Positions 59,830 to 64,000 of a DNA stretch of 64,000 nt are shown here, piece after piece. The position numbers were made by a program, and so were the translations under genes. Source of the DNA: Eremomyces bilateralis CBS 781.70 (lineage: Eukaryota); the NCBI GenBank assembly GCA_010015585.1, contig ML975150.1. One strand, given 5' to 3'. The notes beneath the pieces are model-generated. The model was not told the origin of the DNA and did not search any database. It worked only from the letters and a program-made list of their open reading frames with translations. The first letter of the stretch is position 1, and each line of letters begins with the position of its first letter.

Positions 59830-62032
59830 ATGGCCTTCGAGGATGATGAAGAGAACGGCAGCGGTAATGAACCCACCCGGCTGTACCCATACTTCATTGC
59901 TAATGTTCTTCCCAGGTTCTAGCTCGGATGAAGACCAAGATGAACAGATGATGGACGCTGACAATGCCGATGATGGTGCAGATGCGGAGGCAGATGCCGA
60001 GGGTGATGGAGAAGAGGATGCTGATGGCGACAACGATGATGATGATGATGATGGGGACAATGATGATGACGACCATGACCAGGAGGACGCCGATTCGCAA
60101 GGAGGTGCACAATCCATGAAGCCTCCTGCACGACCACCGACATCGATGCCAAATGGTCTTTCACCGAGGCACCAGCCGAATGCGAATGGTGTCATGACAA
60201 ACGGGGATGCCCACCCGGAGGACCAGGTCAAACCTCCAACTCCCCAGGGAAATTCCACCCCGATACCCTTTCGACCAAGTGTTCGACCCGAGATGCTCAC
60301 GGCCCCAACTTACGACATTATTCCCACCATCGCTGCTCCTCACAGCACATCTATCAATGCAGTGTGTTCTACATCGGACATGAGATGGGTCTTTACGGCC
60401 GGCACAGATGGATATATTCGGAAGTTCAATTGGGTGGACACTGCGAATGGAAAACTGGCTCTCACCGTCGCGCAAAGGCACCCATTCGTGGATAGTGTTA
60501 CGAAGGCCGGTGTACTCCTAAGTTATTGGGACAATGAAGAAGCTCCAGGTACGGCCTATGACTCGGAAGAGCATTGGTTACGAAAGCTGACGAAACAGAT
60601 CGCACGCCTCTGGATGAAGATACTCCGCCGTCCCCAATTTACTCTCTTGCAGTCCACCATCAGGGACTTTGGATACTCTCGGGGTTGGAGAATGGAGGTA
60701 TCAACCTACAATCTGTACGTCATAACGAAGGGACGAGGATCGCAGCATTGCAAAAGCACACGTCCGCCGTTTCGGTATTGTCACTGGCAGACGACGAGAC
60801 TTCGGTGCTCTCTGGAAGCTGGGACAAGACCATTGTAAACTGGGACCTCAATACGGGCCAAGTGGTGCGCACATTTGAAGGAAGCGGGAGTCAGATTTCG
60901 GCCATCGAGCGACGACCCCAGTCGAGCCTCCCGGTGCCTGAGGAATTGGCTTCATACCGACCGGTACCAAGTTCGACATTCTCGTCAAACTATGATTCTA
61001 AACCTTCGGCGAATGGATTTACGATGAACGGTACCACCGCCGACGATCATTCTTTACCTCGAGAGGATCGACCAAGCGACGTTCTCCCGAACGGCGAAGA
61101 TCCCCCCGGCGGTTCTCCGTCACTCAACTCTCTTTTCGGCGACGAGGACGATGAATTCTCTAGAGCCATTGCGAACGGGATTCAAGCTAATGATGACGAG
61201 GATGCGGAAGGAGATGCGAATATGCAAGATGCTGGCGGACCCGTACAGCCACCCACACAAGATACTGCTGACCAGACCCTTCCAAACGGGGAACGGAATT
61301 CACCAGTTGCCGAAGCACCACCCACAAACGATGGCGAGAACTTGAATGGACACGAGAAAGCTCAAGAATCGGGTTCGTGGCCAAATGGTCTCCCTCTCTC
61401 CGATGAACCGCGCCATGCACAGGATGCCACCGACTCAACCTCAAAACCCATCGACTCCAACCGAAATACCTTCCTCGACGCCTCAATCGACGGCACGATT
61501 CGCATTTGGGATCAACGACAACAAAATCCGATTGCTCGGATTCTACCTGGTCCAGGTGTACCACCCTGGTGTATGAACGCGTGCTGGTCACCGGATGGAA
61601 ACTTCATCTACGCCGGTCGCCGGAACAACACTGTCGAAGAATACAGTCTTGCGCATGGACTAAAAGCGCCGAGTCGAACATTTAAATTCCCATATGGTAG
61701 CGGAGCAGTGAGCGCAATCAAAGCAATGCCGAATGGGAAACATTTGGTTTGGTAAGTTCCGCTACAATCCGGTCGGAATAGGAGTCTAATAGTTTTCTAG
61801 CGCATCGCATGATATCCTACGGCTATATGATCTTAAAGACCAGGAGGAAACCAAAACACGACACTCGGTCGTTCCCTTCTTGATTATTCCGGGTCATCGT
61901 ACTGGCGTCATCTCCCAGTTGTACATTGATCCCTCATGCACCTTCATGATTTCGACCGCAGGGAACCGAGGGTGGGAAGGGAATTCTACGGAGGTACTAC
62001 TAGGCTATGAGATTGGCGCATCGAAAGCATAG
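59830..62032 (+). CDS. SPT8: SAGA complex WD40 subunit Spt8; introns about 59864-59915, 60549-60598 and 61752-61800
   Basis: Acidic N-terminus, then YDIIPTIAAPH, LTVAQRHPFVDSVTKAGVLLSYWDN, LSGSWDK, PPWCMNACWS, and CASHDILRLYDL...PFLIIPGH...GNRGWEG...LGYEI. Confidence 0.96.
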
Positions 62033-64000
62033 GGCATGGAAGTCGTTGAGGCACCTCATTGTGTAGGTTGAACGACGGAGGATACCCACCACATCGGCGT
62101 TGAGGTTATTCATCATTAGAATGGAGAATGGGTCAGTAGGGTGTGATATCTAGGGTATTCAATGCCCGACATCACCGATTTTACTGTAAGTTCCACTATA
62201 AAATGTTAGTGTGCTACTACTCGTAACTTGTCAGACGGTGTGGTTTTGTGATCTATCTGCTCTGAATATCGTTAGGACAAGATTTCGAGTTATTCTTTCA
62301 CCCCCAAATGTTTAGAACGGACTTTTCATGCAGCCCTAGTCCATCCAACCTCCTCACGAGTCATTGAGAATGCGGTATTCCACAATGGGCATTCCAACCA
62401 TGGAGTTGGCCAAAGTCCACCACTAAAGCCCCAGGACAGGAGTATTTCATACCTCGATCGGGAATGCATTTTACATTGTGTTCAGCTCCGTTCGCGGGCG
62501 GTTCGCCCCCTCCGAACGATCGGCAGAAAGATCGACAGTATGTTGCCAAGTCCCAGCACCGATCCGCGATGAGGAAGACATCGAGTCCGAATGGCACCAC
62601 GTACGTACAGAAGTTTAGCAGCGTTAGGGTAATGCAGTCATAGCCTCGCAGGCGTTCCAACAAGAAAAAGCATGTATACAGTACCATCCCATTCACACCA
62701 GGGCACCCGGTGCAATAGACCACCTACTGTCAGCCGCAGGAGAGTCCTGAACCCAACGAGCCTGTTTGTAGACAACCGAGTCGAAGGCAGTGATGACATA
62801 AGCATATTCGAGAAGGGCGATGTTTGTGGATGATGATCAATGGTGTCGTGTCTAGGGGGTGGATGTGGATAGGGTTACATCACTCATGATCTCACATTCA
62901 GACAAGTTCGGTAGACCTGGTGAGATTCGATATACTTTGAAGCATTGGAATCTAAGTGGTACAAATGGCTTATGTGTGAAAGGTGTGAAAAGTGTGAAGG
63001 GTGAGGAGAGCGGGTGTTGGGCGCGTCTTGAAACCCGACCGAATCAACGGATCGGGCCAGGCTGGGGCGAAGGCGTGAAGGATGATGAGATGGAGACGAA
63101 TCAATGGATCAAATGAATGGTGGATGCAGTGGACTGTTCATTTCTTATTTTCCTTGGGGCTGTTGGTGGTTGGCGAGGATGAATTGAAAATGAATTGAAA
63201 ACGGACTTGCTAGAGTTGACACTGTGATACTCCCATAGTTACCTATCTCCCAATTATTACCATATTGCCTTCTCGCTCCCTCGATTGCCCTCTTTCTCCC
63301 CTAAGGGATCTCCGGCTTTCGCCCCTCTAGAAGTTGAGGTCTTTAAGCCCAGCACTTTAATAATAATACTGCATTTGAGTCATTCCGCTCTGACACGCCT
63401 GTGTTTCCAAACTCTTGCTGAAGACGTAATACTGGTATTCGGTAACTACGGAGGAACCGACAAAGTATTAATCGCTCCTACGACGAGTGCTACGCCGCGA
63501 CGCTTTCATCTTATCCCTACATTAATTACCCAACCAATCCCAAGGAAGTGTCATTACTTTGGAGTCTAGTTAGCCGTACCGGTGTACTGCTAATTATCGC
63601 TTGCTCGTTGGAAGACTTGGAACGTGCTGCTTGTCCCCTCCACCCGTCCTACTACTCATCACTTGCCGTATCCTGGTTTCCAACTTACCTACGTACCAGC
63701 TCCAGCGTTTACGACGAACCTCCATCTTTTCCTTCGCTTCATCTTTACTCCTCGTGCTCGACTGCCTACTTCTATCCCTCTCCGCACGCCGAGACTTGCT
63801 GGTATCGTCGCCTACCATTCGTTTCAGCCTTCTCCGACTTGTCCTTGTTCATCTGACGCCCACCTGAACCTCCCGACAACGATCCACGTATCTTGCCTCC
63901 CTGCCGATTCAGCAGGTTTGCTCAGTAACGAGAAACCCACACCCCAAGACTTATCGTCCGAAAGCGCTGCTGCCTATCATTGGATTCAACGTCAACATTC

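Noticed and set aside
1..64000. CRISPR arrays, rRNA genes, intact transposons and prokaryotic defence operons
   Set aside because: The sequence is fungal. I saw no repeat-spacer arrays, rDNA, transposase or RT motifs, LTRs or long TIRs.

Overview
This is a eukaryotic, intron-containing window from a filamentous ascomycete (Pezizomycotina-like), with short GT-AG introns carrying CTRAC/CTAAT branch sites. I can support 16 intact or window-truncated protein-coding genes. Most are conserved housekeeping genes: Ssr4, 6-phosphogluconate dehydrogenase, an RBM42-like RRM protein, an MCT-type MFS transporter, Utp18, sterol O-acyltransferase, ThrRS, mS45/Mrps35, Whi3-like, MAPEG, Hrr1/ZNFX1-like helicase and Spt8. 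An accessory-looking block at about 19.7-30.8 kb holds a 7-TM protein, a dienelactone hydrolase, a Zn2Cys6 factor and an FAD monooxygenase. Two decayed genes (cutinase, HET-6-like) lie at 6-8 kb. The main highlight is a 1402-aa intronless protein joining a HeLo-like N-terminus, a pseudokinase, tandem IQ-like motifs and a trypsin-like Ser protease with a candidate intact H/D/S triad. It sits directly downstream of a ZNFX1/Hrr1-type RNA helicase and is a candidate fungal innate-immunity or cell-death module. Other highlights: a box C/D snoRNA with a 25S rRNA guide inside the long Mrps35 intron; a TGA-CTG stop in 6PGD followed by a PTS1-like extension, plus a GC-AG intron; and two in-frame starts in ThrRS. 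All family assignments come from motif recognition by eye; no searches were run.
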